DNA of 38,128 nucleotides from Phycisphaerales bacterium (GTDB lineage: Bacteria > Planctomycetota > Phycisphaerae > Phycisphaerales > UBA1924): positions 1-38,128 of the forward strand of contig DOJA01000246.1 in the NCBI GenBank assembly GCA_003511945.1, in the 5' to 3' direction. Positions 25,342 to 33,650 of the stretch are shown here, one piece after another. The position numbers and the translations under genes are program-made. Position 1 is the first letter of the stretch, and each line of letters begins with the position of its first letter. The notes beneath the pieces are model-generated. The model was not told the DNA's origin, made no database searches, and saw only the letters and a program-made list of their open reading frames with translations.

Positions 25342-26772
25342 ATGAACGACATCCAAGACCCGTCGCGCGCCGGGCACGAGCCCGCGGCGCCCAGTGAATC
25401 GACCCGTCACTCGACCTCGGGCGAGATGACCCTGTCCGCCGATGTCATGGCGGAGGCGGACGCGGCGCTGCGCACGGCGGCGTCGAGCGGGAAGGGGTCC
25501 GGCCCGTCCCCGCACCACCACGAGAAGCCCAAGCCATCGGAACTGGCCAAGGCCCACGCCGCCATGGAGCCCCGCGCGATCCGAGGCCCCCGCGTCGTGC
25601 AGGGCGGGCGCGAGCACCGCACGGGCAGCGTGGTGTCGGTCGGGCCGACGGACATTTTCATCGAGTTCGGCCCCAAGGAGCTGGGCGTCATCTCGCGCCA
25701 GCAGTTCACCGACGCCGACCTGCCCAAGGTGGGCGAGCCGTTTGAGGTCGTGGTCGACCGGTTCGACTCGCAGGAGTCGCTGTTCCTGTGCTCGCGCCCC
25801 GGCTCGGTGCAGAAGGCCGACTGGGAAATGCTCGAGCCGGGCCAGGTCGTCGAGGCCCGCGTCACCGGAGTGAACAAGGGCGGCCTGGAACTGGAGGTCG
25901 CCCACCATCGCGCCTTCATGCCCGCCAGCATGGTGGACACGCGCCGGATCGAGGACCTCTCGATCTTCGTGGGCGAGAAGCTGAAGTGTCAGGTGACCCG
26001 CGTCGACCGCACGGGCAAGGGGAACATCACCCTCAGCCGTCGCGAGATCGTGGGCGAGGAGCGGAAGGAGATCCTCAAGTCCCTCAAGGAGTCGCTGAAG
26101 GAGGGCGAGGTCGTCGACGGCGTGGTCAAGAAGATCATGCCCTTCGGCGCGTTCGTGGACATCGGGGGCATCGACGGGCTGCTGCACATCTCCGACCTGA
26201 GCCACGACCGCGTGAACAAGGTCGAGGATGTGGTCAAGGAGGGCGACAAGGTCCGCGTGAAGGTGCTGAAGCTCGACTGGGCCGCCCGGCGCCACTCGCT
26301 GGGGCTGAAGCAGCTCCAGGAGGACCCCTTCCTGGCGGCCACCAAGGATGTGGTCGAGGGGGCCGTGCTCGCGGGGCGCGTAACCAAGCTGACCGAGTTC
26401 GGGTGCTTTGTTGAGATCGCGCCGGGGCTCGAAGGGCTGGTCCACATCAGCGAACTCGCGTGGAAGCGCGTCATGCGCACGAGCGACGAGGTGCAGCCCA
26501 ACAAGGTCGTCAAGGTCAAGGTGCTCAAGGTCGACCCGGACTCGCGGAAGATCTCGCTGAGCATCAAGCAGACCACCGAGGCGCCCCAGATGGACGCCGG
26601 GCGCGGGCGGCGGAAGACCGGCGACGAGGACACCCGCAAGCCCGAGGACATCCTGAAGGAAACCCCGGCGCTGCGTCGTCTGCGCGAGCAGTCCAAGCAG
26701 AAGATCAAGAGCGGGCTGAAGTCCGGGCTTGGGGAGGTCGGCGGGCTCGGGCTGGGCGACCTGCGGCTGTAG
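25342..26772 (+). CDS. rpsA: 30S ribosomal protein S1-type protein with four S1 domains.
   Basis: Lies within ORF 24595..26772. Four S1 OB-fold repeats are visible, for example GEVVDGVVKKIMPFGAFVDIGGIDGLLHISDLS and GAVLAGRVTKLTEFGCFVEIAPGLEGLVHISELA. The start is uncertain; ATG 25342 was chosen, the SD is weak, and there is an N-terminal extension of about 95 aa. Confidence 0.82.
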   Translation: MNDIQDPSRAGHEPAAPSESTRHSTSGEMTLSADVMAEADAALRTAASSGKGSGPSPHHHEKPKPSELAKAHAAMEPRAIRGPRVVQGGREHRTGSVVSVGPTDIFIEFGPKELGVISRQQFTDADLPKVGEPFEVVVDRFDSQESLFLCSRPGSVQKADWEMLEPGQVVEARVTGVNKGGLELEVAHHRAFMPASMVDTRRIEDLSIFVGEKLKCQVTRVDRTGKGNITLSRREIVGEERKEILKSLKESLKEGEVVDGVVKKIMPFGAFVDIGGIDGLLHISDLSHDRVNKVEDVVKEGDKVRVKVLKLDWAARRHSLGLKQLQEDPFLAATKDVVEGAVLAGRVTKLTEFGCFVEIAPGLEGLVHISELAWKRVMRTSDEVQPNKVVKVKVLKVDPDSRKISLSIKQTTEAPQMDAGRGRRKTGDEDTRKPEDILKETPALRRLREQSKQKIKSGLKSGLGEVGGLGLGDLRL

Positions 26773-26775
26773 GTG

Positions 26776-26839
26776 CCTCGTCCGCCGCGGCGGACGAGGT
26801 GGAGAAGCGGTAGAGCGGCGGGCGAGTGAATCGCCCGCC
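26776..26839 (+). repeat. Repeat family A, copy 2 (24-nt perfect palindrome, GGTAGAGCGG box, and a 9-bp hairpin with a GTGAA loop).
   Basis: cctcgtccgccgcggcggacgagg (26776-26799), then ggtagagcgg (26809-18). The hairpin is ggcgggcga gtgaa tcgcccgcc (26817-39), whose left arm shares the final gg of the box. Confidence 0.8.
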
Positions 26840-26998
26840 TTGGGAGGGGGCTGGCGGACGGAATCCCCGGTGCGCACCGGCGCGCGGGCTTGGGGTGCCG
26901 GGGTACGCGGCCCGGCGCGTGCCCCGTGGTCTATGACCGACGCAACGGGGCACGAGCGACGGTCGTACCCCGGTACCTTGAGACCCCTGTCCTCTCCC

Positions 26999-28438
26999 TC
27001 ACCCGACACGCCAGGAGACATACTTGGTTTCGAGGAAGGCCTCGATGCCCTCGCGGCCGCCCTCGCGCCCGAGGCCCGACTGCTTCATGCCCCCGAAGGG
27101 GGCCTGGGCGGTGGAGGGCAGCGCGTCGCTCGCGCCGACAATGCCGTAGTCCAGCGCCTCGGCGACGCGGATCAGGCGGGAGGCGTCGCGTGTGTAGAAG
27201 TACGCGGCCAGCCCGAAGGGCGAGTCGTTGGCGCGCCGGACGACATCCGCTTCATCGGTGAACGACTGCACCGGCGCGACGGGGCCGAAGGTCTCTTCGG
27301 TGCAGCAGAGCATCTCGGGCGTGCAGCGGTCGAGGACGGTGGGCGCGAAGAAGCGGTCGGCGAGCCCGGCGCGGGGGCGGGAGCGGGCTCCGCCGCAGAC
27401 GAGGCGGGCGCCCTTGGCGAGGGCGTCGGAGAGGTGCCTTTCAATCTTGGCGACAGCGTGGTCGTCGATCATCGGACCGATGTGGACGCCTTCGTCCGTG
27501 CCTGGGCCGACGCGGAGCGCTCGGGCGCCGCGGGCCAGGCGCTCGACGAACTCTTCGCGCAGCGATTCGTGGACAAAGAACCGGTTGGCGCAGATGCAGG
27601 TCTGGCCCCCGTTGCGGAACTTGTTGCTCAGCGCCCCGGCGACGGCGGCGTCGAGGTCGGCGTCCTCGAACACGATGAACGGCGCGTGCCCGCCCAGCTC
27701 GAGCGAGAGGCGGGTGAGGTTCTGCGCCGAAGCCCGCACGAGCAGTTTGCCCACCTCCGTCGAGCCGGTGAACGAGAGCTTGCGCACCAGCGGGTTCGAC
27801 AGGAACTCGGCGCCGATGGCGGGGGCGTCGCCCGTGACGACGCTCAGCACGCCCGGGGGCACGCCCGCTTCGAGCGCGAGCTCCGCCAGCGCCAGCGCGC
27901 TCAGGGGCGTCTGCTCCGCGGGCTTGACGACCATCGTGCACCCCACCGCCAGCGCCGGGCCGGCCTTGCGCGTGATCATCGCGCTGGGGAAGTTCCAGGG
28001 CGTGATGGCGCAGGTCACGCCCACGGGCTGCTTGAGAACGAGGATCCGCTTGTCGGGCGTCGACGCGGGGATGGTGCGCCCGTACGCGCGCCGGGCCTCC
28101 TCCGCCGCCCACTCCAGGAACGAGGCGGCGTAGGCGATCTCGCCCCGCGCCTCGCCCAGCGGCTTGCCCTGCTCGCTGGTCATCAGCCGCGCCAGTCGTT
28201 CCTGTTCGCGCACCAGCAGGTCGCCCCAGCGGCGCACGATGCGCGCCCGGTCGGGAGCGGGCAGCGCGCTCCACGCTGGGAACGCGCGAGCGGCGCCTTC
28301 GATCGCGGCCCGGGCGTCGGCGGGGCCGCCGTCGGGCACGCGGGCGATCTGGGCGTCGGTGGCGGGGTCGCGGACGGTGAACTCGCGCCCGCTGATGGCC
28401 CCGACCCACCGCCCGTCGATCAGGTTGCGGGTCTGCAC
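26999..28438 (-). CDS. gabD: Succinate-semialdehyde dehydrogenase (GabD-type NAD(P)+ aldehyde dehydrogenase).
   Basis: Lies within ORF 26999..28972. GTG 28438 has AGGAGG 7 nt upstream. Motifs are VVKPAEQTP, LELGGHAPFIVFEDADLD, FRNGGQTCICANRFFV and EETFGPVAPV. Confidence 0.9.
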   Translation of the reverse strand: MQTRNLIDGRWVGAISGREFTVRDPATDAQIARVPDGGPADARAAIEGAARAFPAWSALPAPDRARIVRRWGDLLVREQERLARLMTSEQGKPLGEARGEIAYAASFLEWAAEEARRAYGRTIPASTPDKRILVLKQPVGVTCAITPWNFPSAMITRKAGPALAVGCTMVVKPAEQTPLSALALAELALEAGVPPGVLSVVTGDAPAIGAEFLSNPLVRKLSFTGSTEVGKLLVRASAQNLTRLSLELGGHAPFIVFEDADLDAAVAGALSNKFRNGGQTCICANRFFVHESLREEFVERLARGARALRVGPGTDEGVHIGPMIDDHAVAKIERHLSDALAKGARLVCGGARSRPRAGLADRFFAPTVLDRCTPEMLCCTEETFGPVAPVQSFTDEADVVRRANDSPFGLAAYFYTRDASRLIRVAEALDYGIVGASDALPSTAQAPFGGMKQSGLGREGGREGIEAFLETKYVSWRVG

Positions 28439-29244
28439 GCGGGGGCCTCCTGGGCAGGGGCGGCAGCAGCACCGGCGCCGAAGCGGCGCCCGGCGTGTTC
28501 GATCAGCGGGCGGACCCCCGCGTCGCTCCAGAGGTACTTCGGATTCATGACCTTGGTCCCCAGCGCGACATGCGTGGCGCCGGCGACGGCGTAGTCGTCG
28601 ATGTCCTGAACGGTCGTGATCCCGCCCCCGCCGATGATCGACAGCCCGCCGACCCCCCGGACGCCCGCCACTTCGCGCACCCGACGGACGCACGCCAGCG
28701 CCACGGGCTTCAGGGGCTTCCCGCTCACGCCCCCCGCGGGGACCGGCAGGGTGTTGCAGCAGTGCAGCGTGCGCACGCCGGCGTCCAGCGCGTGCTCGAC
28801 CATCTGCTCGTAGTTCACGGGCGGCGCCTTGACGATCACGCGGCAGCCCGTGGCCATGGCGCGCTGAAAGAGCCAGCCGGGCCAGTTGATGTGCCCGACA
28901 TTCGGGCACGACATGTTCAGTTCGACCGCCATCGGGCGCAGCGCCGCGACGCGGTCCAGCAGCAAGGCCCACTCGTCGTCAGAGAAGCCGTGGACGCTGA
29001 CGATCTTGTCCGCAAGGGACACCCCGCCGGAGGATGCGCGGGAGGCGAGCCAGTCGATCCCGGGGTTGCGCAGCCCGATCTTGTTCACCCACGCGCCGAG
29101 GCGGGGGTAGTAGCGCACGGTGCGCAGCACGCGCCACCAGCGCCCGGGGCGGCGCAGCGCCGTGTAGGTGCCCAGCGTGGGCGTGGCCCCCTCGGGCTGG
29201 ATGTAGTTCCCGAAGGGGGCCGAGATGACCAGGGGCCGGAGCAC
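28420..29244 (-). CDS. Dihydroorotate dehydrogenase (PyrD) family protein, short class-1-like form.
   Basis: GTG start. Contains SAPFGNY...LGTYT...IGLRNPGI...ELNMSCPNV...GKPLKP...IIGGGGI...GATHVALGT. The 3-prime end overlaps the gabD start by 19 nt. Confidence 0.82.
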   Translation of the reverse strand: MLRPLVISAPFGNYIQPEGATPTLGTYTALRRPGRWWRVLRTVRYYPRLGAWVNKIGLRNPGIDWLASRASSGGVSLADKIVSVHGFSDDEWALLLDRVAALRPMAVELNMSCPNVGHINWPGWLFQRAMATGCRVIVKAPPVNYEQMVEHALDAGVRTLHCCNTLPVPAGGVSGKPLKPVALACVRRVREVAGVRGVGGLSIIGGGGITTVQDIDDYAVAGATHVALGTKVMNPKYLWSDAGVRPLIEHAGRRFGAGAAAAPAQEAPACRPAT

Positions 29245-29304
29245 TCCACAATCCTAGATGACTCCGCCCACCGGGGCTTGCGGGTTGAGGAGCAGGAGAG
29301 CGTC

Positions 29305-29360
29305 GGACGATTCACTCGCCCGCCGCTCTGCTCGTCCTCACCTCGTCCGCACGCGGAGCG
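29305..29360 (-). repeat. Repeat family A, copy 3 (inverted orientation).
   Basis: The minus strand reads cgctccgcgtgcggacgaggtgaggacgagcAGAGCGGcgggcga gtgaa tcgtcc, colinear with copy 2. Confidence 0.7.
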
Positions 29361-29383
29361 TGCAGACGACGAGCGCCGGCCCC

Positions 29384-29389
29384 TACACT
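29384..29389 (+). promoter_or_regulatory. -10-like hexamer TACACT, 9 nt upstream of the argS ATG (leaderless or short-leader candidate).
   Basis: The sequence reads tacact gtgcccccc ATG, with no SD. Confidence 0.3.
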
Positions 29390-29398
29390 GTGCCCCCC

Positions 29399-31264
29399 AT
29401 GCAGAGCGGCCCCGAGATCATCCTGAGCGAGCGTCTGCTCGAGGCCATGCGCCACGCCTTCGGCGCGGCGCTCCCGCCCGACGCCGATCCGCTGCTGGCG
29501 GTGTCGAAGAACCCCGAATTCGGCGACTTCCAGTGCAACGCCGCCATGTCGCTGGGCAAGGCGATGGGGATCAGCCCCCGCGCCGCCGCCGAGCGCATCG
29601 TGTCGGCGCTGAACATCGACGATGTCGCGCTCCCGGCGCGGATCGCCGGACCGGGGTTCATCAACCTGACGCTGCGCCCCGAGGCGCTCGCGTCGGCGCT
29701 GGACGCGATGGACGACGGGGCGCTCGGGCTGCCCCCCCCACCACCGGGCGCGCGGGAGACGATCGTCGTCGATCTCTGCGGCGTGAACCTCGCCAAGCAG
29801 ATGCATGTCGGCCACCTGCGTGCGACGGTCATCGGCGACGCCCTCGCCCGCATCTGGGAGCGGCTGGGGCACCGGGTGATCCGCCAGAATCACTTCGGCG
29901 ACTGGGGCCTGCCCATCGCGATGGTCACCGAGCGGGTGAAGCGATTGGCGGAGGCGGGGCGGGTGGACCTCGATTCGCTCACGCTGGAGGACCTGGAGGG
30001 CCACTACCGCGCGGCCCAGCGGGACTGCGACGCCGACGAACGAGGCCTGCGGGCGGTCGAGCGCTTCGGGCTGGGGCCGAAGGCCGACGCCGAGGTGCGC
30101 ACGCAGGTCGAGGGCGCGCGGGAAGCGACCGCTCGCGCGAGGCAGGCGCTCGTCGCGCTGCAGGCGCACGAACCCGGGCATGTGCGCGTGTGGGAGCGGA
30201 TCAGCGAGGTCACCCTGGCGGCGTGCTTCGAGAACTGCCGCCGGTTGCACGCCACCGTGACCCGGGAGGCGACCGCGGGCGAATCCACCTACGCGCACGA
30301 GCTGGCGCCGCTCGTCGAGGACCTGCTGGCGCGGCGCGTCGCGGAAGTGGACGACGGCGCCGTGATCGTGCGCCTCGACGAGTTCGGCATCAAGGAGCCC
30401 TGCCTGGTCCGCAAGCGCGACGGGGGGTTCCTCTACGCAACGACCGACATGGCGGGCATCCGCCGGCGCGTGCAGGGGCTGGGCGCCGACCGGGCCATCT
30501 ACGCGGTCGACGCCCGGCAGTCGCTGCACTTCCGCCAGGTCTTCGCGGCGTCAAAGAAGGCGGGCTACGCACGCCGAGCGGGAGGCAGCGACGCGACGCT
30601 CCTCCACGCCGCCTTCGGGATGGTGCTGGGCGAGGACGGGCGCCCCTTCAAGACCCGCAGCGGCGAGAATGTCCGGCTGAGCGACCTGATCGACGAGGCG
30701 ATCGCCCGCGCCGAACTCGCCGTCGCGCAGAAGAACCCCGATCTGCCCGCGGACGAGCGCCGGGCCGTGGCGGAGGCGGTGGGCATCGGCGCCATCAAGT
30801 ACATCGACCTCTCCAGCGACCGCTCGAAGGACTATGTCTTCTCCTTCGACCGCATGCTCGCGTTCGAGGGCAACACCGGGCCGTACCTGCAGTATGCGCT
30901 GGTGCGGGTGCGGTCGATCCTGCGGAAGGCCCACTTGGAACAAGGGATTCACGAGGACTCGCTCGGCGGCCCCGGGCGCCCGGGGCTCCTCATCGCTGCG
31001 CCGGAGGAGAAGACGCTGGCGCTCGCGGCGCTGAAGTTCCCCGCCACGCTGCGTGGCGCGGGCGAGGCGTGCGAGCCCCACCGGTTGTGCGCCTATCTCT
31101 ATGAACTGGCCTCCGCGTTCAGCGCGTTCTTTGCGGCGTGCCCGGTGCTCTCGACTCCGGACGAGCGGGTCAAGCGGTCTCGCCTGCGCCTGTGCCGCCT
31201 GACCGGGCGGATCCTGCGCGACGGGCTGGAGGCGCTGGGGCTGGTCCCGCTGGAGCGGATGTGA
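29399..31264 (+). CDS. argS: Arginine--tRNA ligase.
   Basis: Lies within ORF 29258..31264. Contains NPEFGDFQCNAAM, the HIGH-type NLAKQMHVGHLR, the FKTRSGENVRLSDL segment, and the C-terminal anticodon-binding (DALR-type) region ending GLVPLERM. Confidence 0.93.
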   Translation: MQSGPEIILSERLLEAMRHAFGAALPPDADPLLAVSKNPEFGDFQCNAAMSLGKAMGISPRAAAERIVSALNIDDVALPARIAGPGFINLTLRPEALASALDAMDDGALGLPPPPPGARETIVVDLCGVNLAKQMHVGHLRATVIGDALARIWERLGHRVIRQNHFGDWGLPIAMVTERVKRLAEAGRVDLDSLTLEDLEGHYRAAQRDCDADERGLRAVERFGLGPKADAEVRTQVEGAREATARARQALVALQAHEPGHVRVWERISEVTLAACFENCRRLHATVTREATAGESTYAHELAPLVEDLLARRVAEVDDGAVIVRLDEFGIKEPCLVRKRDGGFLYATTDMAGIRRRVQGLGADRAIYAVDARQSLHFRQVFAASKKAGYARRAGGSDATLLHAAFGMVLGEDGRPFKTRSGENVRLSDLIDEAIARAELAVAQKNPDLPADERRAVAEAVGIGAIKYIDLSSDRSKDYVFSFDRMLAFEGNTGPYLQYALVRVRSILRKAHLEQGIHEDSLGGPGRPGLLIAAPEEKTLALAALKFPATLRGAGEACEPHRLCAYLYELASAFSAFFAACPVLSTPDERVKRSRLRLCRLTGRILRDGLEALGLVPLERM

Positions 31265-31501
31265 TTCGGGGTGGGTGGCCAGAGAATCCGGGAACAGCCA
31301 GCGCAGGATCGTGGTAGAGACTGGTACGGGGCTGTTGTGGGGTGCGGTGCGGCTCGCCCGTGGGGTTGGCATGGGAGCGGGCGTGAGGGAGCGTTTCGTC
31401 ACATCCTGCGCGGACCGCGCTCCGCATCCCCTCCCCGTCGCCGGGCGGAGATTCTCCATTCATCAGGTCTTCCCGCGCTCGCGGGCTGGAGGTTCATCAC
31501 C

Positions 31502-33184
31502 ATGTTGATGCGCCAGGGTCGGTTCACCGGAAGAGCGTCCGGGCTTCTCGCCTGCGCGATGAGCGCGTTCACGGTTGGAGCGGCAGTGGCCGGCGACCAG
31601 GGCGCTGTGCCTGTCCGAGGCCGAGGGGTGACGATCGGCCCCGGGAGCGGCCCCGGCGGCGGGCCGGGGATCCAACCCGGCAACCAGCCCACCACCACCG
31701 ACCCCCTTCTCGAAGGCCCCGAGCCCGGTGGCGGCCCCGACACCTTTGACTTCGGCGACGGCCCCGATGCGGCCCTGCTGTGCGACTCGGGGATCTTCGG
31801 CCTGTTCCCGACGGCGCTGAGCTCGTTCAACGCCAACGGGGGTCGCGGCTCGCCGCGCCACCGGTCGGTGGGAGAGGGATCGACGGTCACGCTCGGGACC
31901 GAGGTGTCCTACGAGGACGCGGCCCGGCGCCCGCGCTGCGATTGGGACACCGCGGGGTGCGACGCGGGCGACGACGGAGCCCTGGTGCTCTGCCTCACGA
32001 ATGACTGCGAGAGCGGGCTGTTCGTAAACCGGGGAGTCTGCGGCCTCGGAATGTCCGCCTCCTTCGGCCCTCGGGTGGCGGGGACTCCCTCCGGCTTCTG
32101 GATTGTGCGCACCCGCACGGCTGCGGGGCTGGGCGTTCCGGCGTTCCTCAATGTCGCCGTCGATGCGAACAGTTCGGGCGTGTTCTTTGACCAGGGAGCC
32201 GCCTGGTGCCTTCGCGATGCGGCCGTCGCCGCGGGTCCCATGGCCGATCAGGTGCACTTCACCTCGCCGTTCCCGGTGGCCACCTACTTCAACGCGGGTG
32301 TGTCGGAGTGGGCGGTGTCGGCGTTCTGGTCGCGGTTCATGGTGTCCGAAGAGCGCGTGAGCGACGCCTTCGAGAGCCACTGGGACGGGAGCGCCGCCGC
32401 CGAGCCCTACAACCACGGCGAGACCGAAGACTGGATCGCCCGCACGCTCCCGGGAAAGTGGAGCTGCCGCCTGCCCGAGTCGTCGGTCGAGGCGAGCGTC
32501 ATCGCGGTCGTTTCGCTGGACCCACTCGACACCGACTGCCTGAACGGGATCGAACTGACCCTGACCACCGGCCCATCGGCGCGGGGCGTGGTGCGAGAGT
32601 TCCGCGAAGGCGCCGTCATCGCGGGGCAGCCCGTGCCCGCTGAGGTTCGACGACTGGATGTTTCGGCGACGGAGCCGGGCCTGGGAGGGCGGGTCGCTCT
32701 CCGCGAGCGGACGGACCGGATTTCGATGGGTGTCGTCGATGTGACCACCGCCTCGGGCGGCGTGCTGACGAGCGCATCGGCGTTCTTTGACCTGTGGCTG
32801 GCGATCGATCTGCTGGATCAGGTCCGCACCCTGGACACGGGGAGTGTGCCCGTGCGGGTGGCGGCGGAGGCGATCCCCGAGTTCCCCCCAGTCGGGACCG
32901 CGTTGGTGCAGCCGCTCGAGAGCGCTCCCGTGCCGCTGTTCGACCGCGCGACGCTCCAGCTCGCCGGGTGGATGTGCGTCCTGAGCGTTCAGTTCGTGGA
33001 CGCCGCCGACGCACGGTGCCCGGGCGACGCCGACGGGAACGGGGTGATCGACTTCGATGACATCAGCGCCGTGCTGAGCAACTGGCTCACCGTCGGCGCC
33101 AGCGGAGATGCCAGCGGCGACTGCATGGTCGACTTTGTCGATATCACGAGCGTGCTCGCCAACTGGAACGGTGGCTGCTCGTAA
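31502..33184 (+). CDS. Secreted protein (560 aa) with a C-terminal dockerin-like double EF-hand repeat. The body is of unknown function.
   Basis: Lies within ORF 31271..33184. GGAGG precedes ATG 31502. The signal is MLMRQGRFTGRASGLLACAMSAFTVGAAVA. The C-terminus is DADGNGVIDFDDISAVLSNW...DASGDCMVDFVDITSVLANW. Confidence 0.75.
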   Translation: MLMRQGRFTGRASGLLACAMSAFTVGAAVAGDQGAVPVRGRGVTIGPGSGPGGGPGIQPGNQPTTTDPLLEGPEPGGGPDTFDFGDGPDAALLCDSGIFGLFPTALSSFNANGGRGSPRHRSVGEGSTVTLGTEVSYEDAARRPRCDWDTAGCDAGDDGALVLCLTNDCESGLFVNRGVCGLGMSASFGPRVAGTPSGFWIVRTRTAAGLGVPAFLNVAVDANSSGVFFDQGAAWCLRDAAVAAGPMADQVHFTSPFPVATYFNAGVSEWAVSAFWSRFMVSEERVSDAFESHWDGSAAAEPYNHGETEDWIARTLPGKWSCRLPESSVEASVIAVVSLDPLDTDCLNGIELTLTTGPSARGVVREFREGAVIAGQPVPAEVRRLDVSATEPGLGGRVALRERTDRISMGVVDVTTASGGVLTSASAFFDLWLAIDLLDQVRTLDTGSVPVRVAAEAIPEFPPVGTALVQPLESAPVPLFDRATLQLAGWMCVLSVQFVDAADARCPGDADGNGVIDFDDISAVLSNWLTVGASGDASGDCMVDFVDITSVLANWNGGCS

Positions 33185-33215
33185 ACGCCGGGCACAGAAT
33201 GTGCCTGCCGACTTC

Positions 33216-33267
33216 GATGGGTCGGGCGGCCCGCCCGTCTCTCCAGGCCCTCCGGGAGTGATTGTGC
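33216..33267 (+). repeat. Repeat family B copy, terminator-like, after the dockerin-like gene.
   Basis: gatgggtcgggcggcccgcccgtctctccaggccctccgggagtgattgtgc. The hairpin core at 33221-33239 lies 37 nt after the stop. Confidence 0.75.
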
Positions 33268-33308
33268 AATGGGCCTTTGGAGAGCCGGTTCCCGCGCGCC
33301 GGCCTGGC

Positions 33309-33650
33309 TCAGCCGCGGAGCGCGTCCTCGACCGAGTCGAAGAGAGCCAGCAGCGTGGTGAGCTTGGTGCGCTCGAACACCGCGCGCACATTCGCGTTCG
33401 CCCCGGCGATGCGGAGCTGGCCGCTGGGCTTGAGGCCGCGGTGCAGGGTGGTGAACGAACCGATCCCGAGCGAGGAGATGAACTCCAGCCCCGACGCGTC
33501 CAGCACAACCAGGGCGGGCTTGGACGCGACGATGGGCAGGATGTGGCGGTCGAGTTCCGACAGGTTGGTCACGCCCGCGCTGCCCCGGACCGTCAGCAGC
33601 ACGCCCCAGGGCTCGGTCCGGTGCTCGACCTGCAGGTTGACATTCGCCAT
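33309..33650 (-). CDS. STAS-domain protein (anti-sigma-factor antagonist, SpoIIAA-like).
   Basis: Lies within ORF 33309..33788, starting MANVNLQVEH. Contains LVVLDASGLEFISSLGIGSF and LRIAGANANVRAVFERTKL. Confidence 0.85.
   Translation of the reverse strand: MANVNLQVEHRTEPWGVLLTVRGSAGVTNLSELDRHILPIVASKPALVVLDASGLEFISSLGIGSFTTLHRGLKPSGQLRIAGANANVRAVFERTKLTTLLALFDSVEDALRG

Noticed and set aside
25015-27021. 668-aa minus-strand ORF opposite rpsA. Similar long shadows are 31463..33508 (-), 33793..35061 (-), 36063..37382 (+), 5368..6477 (-) and 5882..6973 (-).
   Set aside because: All are antisense or out of frame relative to genes supported by conserved motifs. All show the Arg/Gly/Leu/Pro bias expected from reading GC3-rich codons on the wrong strand.
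28495-31104. 869-aa plus-strand ORF spanning the PyrD-like gene (antisense) and argS (out of frame).
   Set aside because: Its composition is dominated by Arg, Gly, Ala and Pro. Both overlapped genes have strong family motifs in other frames.
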